DNA of 64,000 nucleotides from an uncultured beta proteobacterium (GTDB lineage Bacteria > Pseudomonadota > Gammaproteobacteria > Burkholderiales > Casimicrobiaceae). The stretch is taken from NCBI GenBank assembly GCA_963722325.1, contig CAVRLN010000012.1:1792-65791 (forward strand), read 5' to 3'. Both the position numbers and the translations under genes were made by a program. Each line of letters starts with the position of its first letter. Position 1 is the first letter of the stretch. Of the stretch, positions 41,592 through 52,665 are shown piece by piece. Below the pieces are notes generated by a model. That model did not search any database and was not told the origin of the DNA. It worked only from the letters and a program-made list of their open reading frames with translations.

Positions 41592-41659
41592 GCGGCCTCC
41601 TCGAAGCGCTGTCGCCGAATCTAGCACGTAATGCGCGCGGCCAATCCTTCGAGACGCGA

Positions 41660-42586
41660 CTAGTGCTCCACCGCCAGGCCCGCCGCGATCCACGCGTCGA
41701 TTCCGCCGTGAAGCGGCCGGATGCGCTTGTAGCCGAGCTTGCGCAGCGACTGCGCGACTTTCACCGCGGTCGCTTCGTTGGGGCACGCGCAATAGACGAC
41801 GACCTCGCCGTCGGCCGGGACGCTGCCGAAGCTCTCGCGGATCTTTTGCATGTCGATGGTGCGCGCGCCGGGGATGCGCCCGGTCGCCGCCTGAGTCAGC
41901 GGCGAGCGCACGTCGACGATGGCATTGATCTTGTTGTCGTCGATGAGCATGCGAAGCTCGTCGACCGAGACGCGGTCCATGCGCAGCTTCTTCACGAACA
42001 TGCGGCGCCGATACCACTTGACCAGCGCCCACACCGTGAAGCCGGCGATCACCAGGACCAGGCCGGCCTGGCCGAGCGACTTGAGCGTGTTCATCGCGTC
42101 GTCGATGGCGTCGCGGAACAGGTAGCCGAGCGCCACGCCCACGCTCACCCACAGCGCCGCGCCGATCGCGTCGAACAGGACGAACAGCGCATAACGCAGC
42201 CGGACCGCGCCCGCCATCGCGGTGGCCACCGACGCAAATCCGGGAACGAACTTGGCGACCAGCATCGACGCCGGCCCGAAGCGCTCGAAGATCGTTTCGG
42301 TCTGGCGCACGCAGCCATCGGGCGAGAGCGAGACGCGGCACAGCGTGCGAAGTATCGACACCCCGAAGCGCCGTCCGGCCAGGTACCAGCCGGTGTCGGC
42401 GACGAGCGCGGCGGCGACGCCGACGGCGACGAGCTGCCACAACGGGCTGCCACCCATCGCGGCGTAGGCGCCGGCGACGATGAGCACCGGATACGCCGGC
42501 ACCGGAAGCCCCGCCTGCAGCGCGAGCACGTTGACGAAAATGAGCCCCAGACCGTACTGCTGGAGCAACATGATGAGATGGTTCAT
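41660..42586 (-). CDS. DedA family membrane protein fused to a C-terminal rhodanese domain
   Basis: ORF 41660..42619 (-) trimmed to ATG 42586 ([36 protein letters not shown]...). C-terminal rhodanese: IVDVRSP...[39 protein letters not shown]. Confidence 0.8.
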   Translation of the reverse strand: MNHLIMLLQQYGLGLIFVNVLALQAGLPVPAYPVLIVAGAYAAMGGSPLWQLVAVGVAAALVADTGWYLAGRRFGVSILRTLCRVSLSPDGCVRQTETIFERFGPASMLVAKFVPGFASVATAMAGAVRLRYALFVLFDAIGAALWVSVGVALGYLFRDAIDDAMNTLKSLGQAGLVLVIAGFTVWALVKWYRRRMFVKKLRMDRVSVDELRMLIDDNKINAIVDVRSPLTQAATGRIPGARTIDMQKIRESFGSVPADGEVVVYCACPNEATAVKVAQSLRKLGYKRIRPLHGGIDAWIAAGLAVEH

Positions 42587-42728
42587 GGTTTGGACTGTCC
42601 CGATGATTCGTCGGCGCAACGGCGGGCGCGCTTACAGCGCCAACTGGGCATATTGGGGCCGCCGACGGCGGCGCGCAAGGGCGCGCGGCGATGGGAACCG
42701 CCCCGGTGCGCCCGGGCTAGGGGTACGG

Positions 42729-42734
42729 TATAAT
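42729..42734 (+). promoter_or_regulatory. candidate -10 box (TATAAT) for the tRNA-Ala gene
   Basis: Perfect TATAAT 12 nt upstream of the mature tRNA 5' end. No convincing -35 at 17-bp spacing. Confidence 0.45.
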
Positions 42735-42745
42735 CATGCCCCATA

Positions 42746-42821
<76 letters not shown>

Positions 42822-42829
42822 AGCAATCC

Positions 42830-42864
42830 AAGGCCGACGGTTCGCCCGTCGGCCTTGTCGTTTC
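42830..42864 (+). terminator. rho-independent-type terminator after tRNA-Ala
   Basis: Perfect 11-bp stem AAGGCCGACGG / CCGTCGGCCTT with loop TTCGC, followed by GTCGTTTC (short T tract). Confidence 0.65.
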
Positions 42865-42907
42865 AGGCCCTGACGCGATCGCGTTCCCGAGAAGCCTCCA
42901 ACGCTCG

Positions 42908-43390
42908 ATGGATCAAGCACGACGCGCGACACGATTGCACCGGCTCTTCGAGGTCGCGATCCTCATCAAGGGCCTCGACGGGCTGCTGCAGGCCTTCGCC
43001 GGCATCGCGCTGCTGTTCGTGCCGTTGCGATCGATCAACAACCTGGTGACCTTTCTCACCGCGCGCGAGCTCGCCGACGACCCCGACGCATGGCTGGCGA
43101 ACACGGTGCGGCACGCGGCCGACGCCCTGTCGACCGGAACCAAGAGCTTCGCCAGCGCGTACCTGATCAGCCACGGGATCGTGAAGCTGTTTCTCGTCTA
43201 TGCGCTCTGGCGCGAAAAGCTCTGGGCGTTCCCGGTGGGGATGTCCTTCATCGCCGTCTTCATCGTCTACCAGCTCTACCGCATCGCGCATACGCATTCG
43301 ATCACGCTGATCTGTTTCACCGTCGTCGATGTCGTGATCCTGTGGCTCATATGGCGCGAGTACCGCGCGCGGAGTCTGCGCAGCACGTAG
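42908..43390 (+). CDS. DUF2127-like inner-membrane protein
   Basis: ORF 42794..43390 starts inside the tRNA, so it is trimmed to ATG 42908: MDQARRATRLHRLFEVAILIKGLDGLLQAFAGIALLFVP...KLFLVYALWREKLWAFPV...VDVVILWLIWREY. The family name is from memory. Confidence 0.65.
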   Translation: MDQARRATRLHRLFEVAILIKGLDGLLQAFAGIALLFVPLRSINNLVTFLTARELADDPDAWLANTVRHAADALSTGTKSFASAYLISHGIVKLFLVYALWREKLWAFPVGMSFIAVFIVYQLYRIAHTHSITLICFTVVDVVILWLIWREYRARSLRST

Positions 43391-43622
43391 CGCAAACCCC
43401 GTCAGGATGAGTCACGTCGCGATCGGTCCGGGTCTTGGACCCGACATCGAAGCGGCGGTCGGGTATACTCGACCTTGTAGGAAGATCACCGCCTGCATCG
43501 CTCCGCGCCACTGCACGTGGCGCGGTGTGCGGGCGGTGAGCGAAGTACGTCTTGCCAACCGCGTCGGGATAGTCATCGCGCGGAGGTCACGGGCCGCGGC
43601 TTCGGACGTCGGCGAATTTTAT

Positions 43623-43651
43623 TTGTGCGCTTGCGTACAAAGAGCGCACAA
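43623..43651. promoter_or_regulatory. inverted repeat TTGTGCGCT-N11-AGCGCACAA in a relatively AT-rich patch
   Basis: Perfect 9-bp arms read directly from the sequence, ~140 nt upstream of ATG 43788, inside a ~400-nt non-coding gap. Could be an operator or an RNA hairpin. Confidence 0.35.
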
Positions 43652-43787
43652 TCAACTTGTGCCGGGTAGATCACCGCGCATCCACTCGCCTCAGCGCCCC
43701 GGAAAGCGCTGATCGTCCGATTCCTTCCGAAAGCCCTCCCATTTCCCCACTCACGCTTCCAGGATTGACTCGCCCGCCGGCGGCCCG

Positions 43788-44344
43788 ATGGAGTCGATTC
43801 ATCGCGCTGCTGGTCGTGATCGCATCGGGCACGGTGTCGGGCCTCGTCCACTCGCAGAACGCCGAACGGCCGCTGCCGATCCGGCGAATCCTCTCCCACT
43901 TCGTACTGGAGCGCATGGGACGCCCCCGAGCCGTGGCGCACCGACCGTTTTTATCTCGAAACGAGCCTCTGGACGACGCACTTCAATTCCGATCCCGCGC
44001 ACGACGACCACCAGCACCTCATCCTCGGCGAGTGGAACATCACCGAGCAGTGGCTGGTCGGCGCGTCGGTCTTCGACAACTCGTTCGGCCAGTCGTCGCA
44101 ATATGTCTACGGCGGATTTCGCTTCCGGCCGTTCGACTCGCTGCAGCAGATGTACTTCAAGATCTCGGCCGGAATCGTGCACGGCTACAGCGGCGAGTAT
44201 CAGAACAAGATACCTCTGAACAGTTCCGGCTTTGCGCCGGTGATCGTCCCTTCCGTGGGTTATTGCATCAGCCGCTTCTGCTCGGAACTGGTCCTTTTCG
44301 GCACCGCCGGCGCGCTCGTCACCTTCGGGGTGACGATTCCCTAG
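43788..44344 (+). CDS. small outer-membrane-type protein of a conserved betaproteobacterial family (often mislabelled sn-glycerol-3-phosphate transporter); about 2 frame changes as assembled
   Basis: ATG 43788 (ORF 43788..44219 frame). Signal-like FIALLVVIASGTVSGLVHS is in the ORF 43657..44367 frame. The body is in the frame of ORF 44150..44344: WDAPEPWRTDRFYLETSLWTTHFNSDPAHDDHQHLILGEWN...FDNSFGQSSQYVYGGFRFRPF...MYFKISAGIVHGYSGEYQNKIPLNSSGFAPVIVPSVGY...TFGVTIP. The family assignment is from memory. Confidence 0.45.
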
Positions 44345-44436
44345 CGGGCCTCGCGCCCAGCCCCTGATCGCGAGGCGCTGCGCCAACGCGACGGCGGATG
44401 CGATAATCGCGCGCCAGCCGCCATGCGCCTATCGCG

Positions 44437-45766
44437 ATGCCTTCGTCCCACCGCCGCCTCTTCAAGCACACCCGCGCGCACACATCCACGCGCACCCTTA
44501 TCGTGACGGTCGTCGTCAGCGTCGTTGCAACGCTGGCGGCGGTGCTGCTGTTCGTCAACCTGACGACCGGCGAAAAGCGCGTCAAGCAGAAGTTCGCGCA
44601 CCTCTACGCGGTGCGCGACGCGCAGTTCCTGCGCACGATGGGCGTCCTGCTCGGACCGGCGATCCTCGACGGCAACCGCTTCGAGGTCCTTGTGAACGGC
44701 GACCAGATCTTTCCGCCGATGCTCGATGCGATCAGGCATGCGCGCAAGACGATCAATTTCGAGACCTACATCTACTGGTCGGGTGCGATCGGCAAGGAAT
44801 TCGCCGACGCGCTGTCCGAGCGAGCGCGCGCCGGCGTCAAGGTCCAGGTCCTGCTCGATTGGCTGGGCAGCGGAAAAATGGACAAGGCGCTGCTCGATGA
44901 AATGGAATCCGCCGGAGTGCACATCAAGCGCTTCCACGAGCCGCGCTGGTACAACCTCGACAAGCTCAACAACCGGACGCACCGCAAGATCCTGGTCGTC
45001 GACGGCCACGTCGGATTCACCGGCGGAGTCGGCATCGCGCCCGGAATGGACGGGCAATGCGCAGGATCCGGATCACTGGCGCGACACGCATTTCCGCGTG
45101 GAGGGACCGGTCGTCGCGCAGATGCAGTCGGTGTTTTCGGACAACTGGGTCAAGGCGACGGGGGACGTGCTCGCACGGAGACGCGTACTTTCCCGCCGCT
45201 CGCGTCCGTCGGGCACAGGCAAGGCGCAGGTGTTCGCGAGCTCGCCGTCGGGCGGAAGCGAGAGCATGGAGCTCATGTACCTGCTCGCGCTCACCGCGGC
45301 CGAGAAGTCGATCGACCTCGAGATGGCGTATTTCGTGCCGGACGAGCTCTCGCGCGACGTGATCGTCGACGCCATCAAGCGCGGCGTGCGCGTTCGAATC
45401 ATCGTCCCCGGCAAGCACAACGACACCGAGACGGTGCGCCACGCCTCGCGCGCGAGCTGGGGCGACCTGCTCGAAGCCGGCGTGCAGATCTACGAGTTCC
45501 AGCCGACCATGTTCCACTGCAAGGTCATGATCGTCGACGGCTTCATGGTGTCGGTGGGGTCGACCAACTTCGACGACCGTTCGTTCCGGCTCAACGACGA
45601 GGAGAATCTCAACATCTACGACGAGCCGTTCGCTGCGCGGCAGATCGAGATTTTCGAGCAGGACCTGGCGCGCTCGCGGCGCGTCACGCACGCCGAGTGG
45701 CTGGATCGACCCTTGACCGAAAAGCTGTGGGGTTACGCGGCGCGCCTGCTGGGCCCGCAGCTCTGA
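44437..45766 (+). CDS. cls: cardiolipin synthase / phospholipase D family protein, about 3 frame changes as assembled
   Basis: ORF 44437..46296 N-terminus (TM segment, ...NNRTHRKILVVDGHVGFTGGVGIA; first HKD). It continues in ORF 44726..45766 (GNAQDPDHWRDTHFRVEGPVVAQMQ...FHCKVMIVDGFMVSVGSTNFDDRSF; second HKD). A short excursion back to the first frame (YFPPLASVG) occurs at ~45175-45220. First switch at ~45038-45045. Confidence 0.8.
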
Positions 45767-45780
45767 ACCGCGGCGCGTCG

Positions 45781-46744
45781 CTACGCGGCCGCCTGTTTCG
45801 CGCTCGCCGCGTCGAGCGCGCGCACCGCATCGTCGTCGAGCTCGAGCCGCGCCGCGGCGACGAGCTCGTCGAACTGCTGCAGCGACGTCGCGCTCGCGAT
45901 CGCCGCGGTCACGCCCGGTCGCCCCATCACCCACGCCAGCGCGACGCGCGCGGGCGTCGCCTCCAGACGTTGCGAGACCTGGTCGAGCGCCGCGAGAATG
46001 CGCTCGCCACGCGGATTCAAGTACTTCTCCATCCCTTGTCCGCGCGGGCTCTTGGAGAAGTCGGCCTTGGAGCGGTACTTTCCGGTCAGGAAGCCCGCCG
46101 CCAGCGAAAAATAGGTGATGACGCCGATGCCCTCGCGGATGCAGACCTCCTGCAGCGGACCTTCGTACGTGTCGCGATCGCTGAGGTTGTAGAGCGGCTG
46201 CATCGTCTCGTAGCGCGGATAGCCCTTCGCGGCACTGATGCCGAGCGCTTCCGGAGAGCCGCGCCGCGCTCAGGTTCGACGCGCCGATGGCCTTGACCTT
46301 GCCCTGCTCGACCAGCCGCGCGTAGGCATCGAGCGTCTCGTCGAGCGGCGTCGTCGCATCGTCCCAGTGCGACTGGTAAAGGTCGAGCGCGTCGACCTGC
46401 AAACGTCGCAGCGACTGCTCCACCGCCTGCATGATGTAGTCGCGGCGCAGGCACTTGTACCCCAGCCCCATGTCGGAGCCGACCTTGGTCGCGATGATCA
46501 CGTCGTCGTGGCGTCCGCGCCTGGCGATCCATCGGCCGATGATCGTCTCGGATTCGCCGCCGACGTGTCCGGCTGCCCAGCGCGAGTACGAGTCCGCCGT
46601 GTCGACCAGGTTGAAGCCGGCATCGACGAAGGCGTCGAGCAGCCGGAAAGACGTCGGTTCGTCGACGGTCCAGCCGAAGACGTTGCCGCCGAATGCAAGC
46701 GGCGCGACGCGATACCCCGAGCGGCCGAGTGGTCGCTTCTCCAT
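45781..46744 (-). CDS. aldo/keto reductase, one frameshift as assembled
   Basis: ORF 45017..46771 from ATG 46744 (AAGGAG upstream): MEKRPLGRSGYRVAPLAFGGNVFGW...NLVDTADSY...DLYQSHWDD...GKVKAIGASNLSAAR. It continues in ORF 45781..46203 and its upstream frame (EALGISAAKGYPRYETMQPLYNL...). Switch at ~46252-46262 (apparent extra G in TCCGGAAGC). Confidence 0.82.
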
Positions 46745-46828
46745 CGATGCTCCTTTCATTGGACGCACCATCGAGCAGTTCGCACCGCTGCCCGCTCATG
46801 ACGACCCCGACCCGTACCAGCGCCGCCA

Positions 46829-48095
46829 TTACGCCGGACCTGTCGAGCCGAGCCAGCCATCGCGGATTGAGCTCGTCGAGGACGCGTGATCCCGAGCATC
46901 GCCATGTCGCGATGGATCTCGCTCGTCAGCAACCGGATGGCGTGGCGAACGCCATCCTCGCCGCCGACCGCGGCGGCGTACCCGAACGGGCGCGCGACGA
47001 AGACGAACTTCGCGCCGAGCGCCAGCGCCTTGAGCACGTCGGTGCCGCGTCGCACGCCGCAATCCATCATGATGGGAATGTCGGGACACGCCGCGACGAT
47101 CTGCGGCAGCACGCGAAGCGGCGATACCGCGCCGTCGAGCTGTCGCCCGCCGTGGTTGGAGACGATGATTCCCTGGACGCCTGCCTCGCGCGCGATGCGC
47201 GCATCCTCGGCGTCGAGCACGCCCTTGATCACCAGCGTGCCCGGCCAGATCCGTCGGATCAGTTCGAAATGCGACCAGGAGAGCTCGCCGCGATCGGAGT
47301 AGTCGCGCACCACGTCCGGCGAAAGAATCGGTGGACCGCGAGTCGCATCATTGTTCTCGAAATGCGGCATGCCATGGCGCAAGAGCGTGCGCAGGAAGGT
47401 GCCGAACAGCCACCTCGGGCGCGTGATTCCGTCCCATGCCAGACGCACGCTGGGACGCATCGGCGTCGAGAAACCCGAGCGCACGTTGTTCTCGCGATTG
47501 CCGGCGACCTGCGAATCGACGGTGAGCACCAGCGTCTCGAATCCGGCGCGGGCCACGCGCTCGATCAATGCGGTGATGCGCGCGACGTCGCCGGGCACGT
47601 ACGCCTGGAACCAGGTCCCCGGCGACTGTTCGCGCCACCTCCTCGAGCCGGATCAGCGAGGATCCGCTCATGATCATCGGGATGTTGGCTTCGGCGGCGG
47701 CACGCGCCATCACGAGGTCGCCGCGATAGGCGAACAAGGCGGTGATACCCATCGGCGAGAACCCGAAGGGCGACGCGTACGTCTTGCCGAAAAGAGTCGT
47801 CTGCTGCGAGCGCCTGGAAACGTCGACCAGCACCTTGGGCACGAAGCCGAATTCCCGGAACGCGGTCGCGGTTGTCCTCGAGCGAGCTGTTGGTCTCCAC
47901 GGCACCGGCGACGTAGCCGAATATCGGCCTGGGCAGATGCCGCCGCGCCGCGTCCTCGAAATCGTCGAGGCAGAGCACGTGGGGAAAGCGACTGGCGAAC
48001 GCCGCGGCGCCCGCGAGCGCGGCGTCGCGCGGTGGCGTGGGCTTCGCTGCCGCCGTGACTTTCGCCGCGGCGTGCGCGGTGTTCTCGGTGGACAT
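46829..48095 (-). CDS. FMN-dependent alpha-hydroxy acid dehydrogenase (L-lactate dehydrogenase/glycolate oxidase-like), 3-4 frame changes as assembled; 3' end uncertain
   Basis: ATG 48095 (MSTENTAHAAAK...CLDDFEDAARRHLPRPIFGYVAGAVETNSSLEDNR; ORF 47565..48146). AFREFGFVPKVLVDVS...PFGFSPMG...IPMIMSGSSLIRLEEVA (ORF 47348..47905). QSPGTWFQAYVPGDVA...IKGVLDAEDA...GIIVSNHGGRQLDG...MDCGVRRGTDVLKALALGA (ORF 46756..47598). The tail LDELNPRWLARL is in a further frame. TAA 46831-46829 is taken as the likely stop. Confidence 0.75.
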
Positions 48096-48287
48096 GGACG
48101 GGATGGCTGCCGGACGGATTGCGGATCCGGGCCATCCTACGTTCATGTAGGCATCCGTCGCAAGCGGCGCGCAGCGCTTTCCTCGACGCTCACAGCGGGC
48201 AACGAGGTCGAGGCGGTTCGCAGCCGCCGCCGCTCGTCACCTGCGCCGTCGGGCGCCTGCGATACCCGCGCTGGAGCGGCCGCTACT

Positions 48288-50709
48288 TCATAGCGCGCTG
48301 GTCAGCGCCTGATCGACGCGCTCGATCCACACGAAATGCAGCTGCTCGCGCGCGTCGGCCGGGATGTCTTCGAGATCGCGACGATTGCGCTCGGGCAGCA
48401 TCACCGTCTTGATCCCGGCGCGCAGCGCGGCCAGGACCTTTTCCTTGACGCCGCCGATGGGCAGCACTAGTCCGCGCAGGCTGATTTCGCCGGTCATCGC
48501 CACATCGGTTCGCACCGCGCGACCGGTCAGCAGCGACGCCAGCGCAACGAACATCGCAACGCCCGCGCTCGGCCCGTCCTTGGGCGTCGCGCCCGCTGGC
48601 ACGTGCACGTGGATATCGGACTTCTCGATCGTTTCCGGGGCGATGCCAAGCTCGCCGGCACGTGCCTTCACCAGCGACAGCGCCGCCTGCGCGCTTTCCT
48701 TCATCACCTCGCCGAGCTGTCCGGTGAGGATGAGCTTACCGGCGCCGGGCATGCGCGCCGCCTCGACGAACAGGATGTCGCCACCCACCGGCGTCCAGGC
48801 GAGGCCCGTCGCCACGCCCGGCATGGCGGTGCGCATGGCCACTTCCGACTCGAAAATGCGCGCACCCAGGATGGCGTGCAGATCGGTCGCGCCGACGCGC
48901 GCGTGCTCATCGCGGCCCTCGGCAATGCGCACCGCGACGTTGCGAAACACCTTGCCGATCTCGCGCTCGAGGTTTCGAACGCCGGCCTCGCGCGTGTAGT
49001 CGTCGATGATCGCCGCCAGCGCGTCGTCACCGATCTCGCACTGCCCGGCAGCGAGTCCGGTGGCCTGGAGCTGGCGCGGCACCAGGTAACGGCGCGCGAT
49101 CTGCAGCTTCTCCTGCGCGGTGTAGCCCGGCAGCTGGATCACCTCCATGCGATCGCGCAGCGGCCCGGGAATGGTGTCGAGCAGGTTGGCGGTGCAGATG
49201 AACATCACACCCGACAAATCGAACGGGACGCCGAGGTAGTTGTCGCGGAACGTCGAGTTCTGCTCGGGATCGAGCACTTCGAGCAGCGCCGACGACGGAT
49301 CGCCGTGAAAGCCACCCGCGCCGAGCTTGTCGACCTCGTCGAGCATCAGCACGCAGTTGCGCGTACCGACCTTGCGCAGGCTCTGGATGATGTTGCCGGG
49401 TAGCGAGCCGATATACGTGCGGCGGTGGCCACGGATCTCGGCCTCGTCGTGCACGCCGCCGAGGCTCACGCGTGCGAACTTGCGGCCGGTCGCCTTGGCG
49501 ATGCTCTGGCCGAGCGACGTCTTGCCCACGCCGGGCGGGCCAACGAAGCACAGGATGGGGCTCTTGCCCGACGGGTTGAGCTTGCGCACCGCGAGATACT
49601 CGAGGATGCGCTTCTTGATCTTGTCCAGGCCGTAGTGATCGTCATCGAGAATGCGACGCGCGGCGGAGATCTCGATCCCGGTCGTGGCCTCAGTTGCGTT
49701 ATCAGCCGCCCACGGCAGCTCGATCAGCCAGTCGAGATAGGTGCGCACCATCGAGGATTCGCCGGCGCCCTCCGGCATGCGCTCGAGGCGCTTGAGTTCC
49801 TTGCGCGCCTGCTTCTCGACTTCCTCGGGCATCTTCGCTTCGGTGATCGCACGGTCGAGCTCGGCGAATCTCGGCGACGGTATCGTCACCTTCGCCCAGC
49901 TCCTTCTGGATGGTGCGGAGCTGCTCGCGCAGCAGGTGCTCGCGATTGCGATCGCCGATCGACTCGCGCGTGCGCTCGTCGATCTCGCGCGACACCTTGA
50001 GAACCTCGATGCGGTGCGTGAGCATCTCGAGCAGCTTGTCGAGACGCTGCCTCAGGTCGAACATCTCCAGCAGCGTCTGCTTTTCCTCGACGCCGACATC
50101 GATGACCCCGGCGATGAAATCGGCGAGGCGCGCCGGGCCCTCGACGCCCTGTAGGGCGGCGATAAGCTCCTCCGGAACCTGCGGCAACAGGCGCAGGATC
50201 TCCAGCGCGCGCTCTTTCAGGTTATGCGCGCGGCCTTCGATTTCGCTGGTGATCTGCGCCGGCTCCTCGATGAGCTGCACGCGGGCGACCGTCATCGGAT
50301 AGCCGTCGAGGAACTGGAGCACGCGAAAGCGCTGTCCGCCCTGGCAGATGGCGTGATGCGTGCCGTCGTTGGCGTTGACGTAACGCAGGATGGTCGCCGT
50401 GCTCCCGACCCAATGCAGGTCGTCCGGCCCGGGCTGGTCGACCTCGCGCTTGCTCTGCAGCAGGATGCCCACGGGGCGCTGCTGACGCACCGCTTCGGCC
50501 ACCGCGGCGCGCGAGCGCTCGCGGTCCACCGCCAGCGGGACGACCATGCCAGGGAAAAGGACGAAGTTGCGCACCGGGACGATGACCATCGCGTCGTCGG
50601 GAATCGCGCGCGGGGCGGCGCCATCGCGCTCGCGCGACTGCGGCGCGAGCGCATCGAGCCGCTGGGCGTCGGTACGGGTGCTGTCTAGGGTGAAGGCTTC
50701 CTTGTTCAC
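48288..50709 (-). CDS. lon: endopeptidase La (Lon protease), one frameshift as assembled
   Basis: ORF 49702..50760 from GTG 50709 (AAAGGA upstream): N-domain ...[16 protein letters not shown].... Joined at ~49870 to ORF 48288..49889 ([16 protein letters not shown]...[18 protein letters not shown]...MLDEVDKL...[20 protein letters not shown]...MTGEISLRG). Confidence 0.88.
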
Positions 50710-50789
50710 GTCGATCCTTTCACGGCTCGGGTGGAAACAATGCGGCTGCGAATACCGCACCGGCGGTCGCGAGGCTCGGGCTGGCGCCC

Positions 50790-51231
50790 TCAGGACTGCG
50801 CGTTGGCGCGGATCCAGCTCAGCAGCGCGGGGAGCTGCATCGCGCCCGACTGGCGCGCCACTTCGCGGCCGTCACGAAATGCGATAAGCGTCGGGATGCC
50901 GCGAATGCCGAAGCGCGCGGAGATGTCCTGCGCCTCATCGCTGTTCACCTTGGCGAGGCGCACCCCCGGCGCCAATTGCGCCGCGGCTTGCTCGAAGGCG
51001 GGTGCCATGGCGCGGCACGGGCCGCACCACGGCGCCCAGAAATCCACGACGACCGGCAGGTCACTTGCCGGCGATGTGACGATCGAAGGTCGTCGAGTCG
51101 AGCTCGATCGGCGAAGGGCCCAGCAGCGGCGACTTGCACTCGCCGCACACAGGGCCGCCATCGAGGCGCTCGCGCGGCACGCGATTGCGGGTACCGCAGT
51201 TCGCACACACTACCTGCACCATGTCGTTCAT
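50790..51231 (-). CDS. trxC: thioredoxin 2 (TrxC-type, N-terminal zinc finger), one frameshift as assembled
   Basis: Hand translation from ATG 51231: MNDMVQVVCANCGTRNRVPRERLDGGPVCGECKSPLLGPSPIELDSTTFDRHIAG, then a frame break (GGCAAGTGAC, ~51061-51068). The rest is in ORF 50790..51206: DLPVVVDFWAPWCGPCRAMAP...GIRGIPTLIAF. Confidence 0.85.
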
Positions 51232-51297
51232 GACCGACACGTGCGGGCGATCGGCGGCGAATCAAGACGGCGCCCGGTCCGACCGAGAAACCCCTGC

Positions 51298-52449
51298 CTA
51301 CGCGGAGCGCTGCACGCCGCTGCGCCGCTCCAGGATCCGAACGATGCGCGCGCCGGCGTTGCCGGCGCCGAACGGCGCTTCGGCGTCGATCGGCAACGCC
51401 GGTCCCCGTGGCTTCGCCAGCGCCTGGGTCGCGACGTTCACCAGGTTGCCGCGTCGGAGGTCGGCCAGCTGCACCCAGCCGGTGGCCAGCGCGTCGGGAC
51501 GCTCGGTGTTGATGCGCGGAACGACCATAGGCACGCCCAGATGCGGAGCTTCTTCCTGAATGCCGCCGGAGTCGCTGATGATCAGCGCCGCCTTGCGAGC
51601 CACCGCGATGAAATCGCGGTAGGGCATCGTGCCCGTGATCTCGCAACGCTCCAGCCACCGAAGGCGGCGCCGCACCGGCGCGATGATGCGCGCATTGGCG
51701 TGCAGCGGTAAAACGACGTGCAGGCGCGGATTGAGGTTGCACAGCTGAATCAGCGACTCGCAAAGCAGCTCCGCGCCGCGGTCGTAGTTTTCGCTGCGGT
51801 GAAGTGTCACCAGGAGCGTGCTGCGCGGCTCGTCGCGGTCACGTGGCGCGTCGACCTCGCGCAGTGCGCGGGCCAGCGTGTCGATGCCGGGAGAACCTAC
51901 ATGGTAGATCGAGTGCATGTCGACGCCGTCGGCGACGAGATTCGATACCGCGCTCCGGCACGAAGCGAAGTGCATTTGCGCGTAGAGCGTGATCTCCCTG
52001 CGCAGCCACTCCTCCGGAAACGGGGTCATCGAATTGTCGGTGCGTAGCCCCGCCTCGATATGCCCCACGCTCAGACCTTGGGCGTGACCGGCGCGCGCCG
52101 CGCCGTAGCTCGTCGGCGTGTTGCCGGCGACCAGGACCACGGCGGGGTCGATGCGGCGCAGCGCCGCCCGTATTTCATGCTCGAGGTGATCGCAAGCAGG
52201 CTGTAGATGAGTGAAGGGAGGCATCGCGTCGAGATCCAGGATGCGATGCACGCCAAGCTCGGCGAACGCCGAACGAACGACCTCGGGCTGCTGCCCGCTG
52301 TTTAGTACAATTGGCGTCAAAAGCTCCGAGCGCCCGAGCGCGCGGGCGACCGGCGCGAGCTTGATACACTCGGGCCGGGTGCCGGCGACCAGCAGGACCA
52401 CCGCGCGCGCACCGCCGCGGATCAGCTCCAACCCAGGACCCAGTGCCAC
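51298..52449 (-). CDS. UDP-N-acetylglucosamine 2-epimerase (non-hydrolysing)-like protein
   Basis: ORF 51298..52449 (-), 383 aa, intact: VLLVAGTRPECIKLAPV...VLVAGNTPTSYGAA...GHIEAGLRT...PFPEE...SDSGGIQEEAP.LGVP. The true start may be the internal GTG at 52401. Confidence 0.75.
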   Translation of the reverse strand: MALGPGLELIRGGARAVVLLVAGTRPECIKLAPVARALGRSELLTPIVLNSGQQPEVVRSAFAELGVHRILDLDAMPPFTHLQPACDHLEHEIRAALRRIDPAVVLVAGNTPTSYGAARAGHAQGLSVGHIEAGLRTDNSMTPFPEEWLRREITLYAQMHFASCRSAVSNLVADGVDMHSIYHVGSPGIDTLARALREVDAPRDRDEPRSTLLVTLHRSENYDRGAELLCESLIQLCNLNPRLHVVLPLHANARIIAPVRRRLRWLERCEITGTMPYRDFIAVARKAALIISDSGGIQEEAPHLGVPMVVPRINTERPDALATGWVQLADLRRGNLVNVATQALAKPRGPALPIDAEAPFGAGNAGARIVRILERRSGVQRSA

Positions 52450-52665
52450 ATCGCCCCCCGCTCCGACGCCCGGGGTCGCGCATCCCTCAGCTCCGCGATC
52501 CGGACGAACCCGGCCGGCACCCGGGCCCGCCTTTGCTGGACCCGCCCACCGGCATCTCCCCGCGCTTCGCCGGATCTTCCGGTCGAGCGCTTTGTACGAT
52601 GCAAAGCATCGCGGCAGCCCGGCGAAAAGTCAACGGGGGGTCAGCCCGCAACCCGCTGGAGGGGG

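Noticed and set aside
37719-42440. 1573-aa ORF as a giant multidomain protein
   Set aside because: It decomposes into ridA, recG and hemA plus alternate-frame filler. It stays open only because of a missing stop, one frameshift and the high GC content.
43407-43712. 101-aa ORF in the 400-nt gap
   Set aside because: No RBS, Arg/Cys/Pro-rich composition, no recognisable motif. Probably non-coding.
52570-52611. Cluster of small overlapping hairpins (CCGGA-TCT-TCCGG; GCTTTG-N7-CAAAGC; CGATGC-AAA-GCATCG) as an attenuator or riboswitch
   Set aside because: Stems are only 5-6 bp with no U-tract and no leader peptide. They lie between a gene end and a gene start, where weak palindromes are common. 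This is insufficient evidence.
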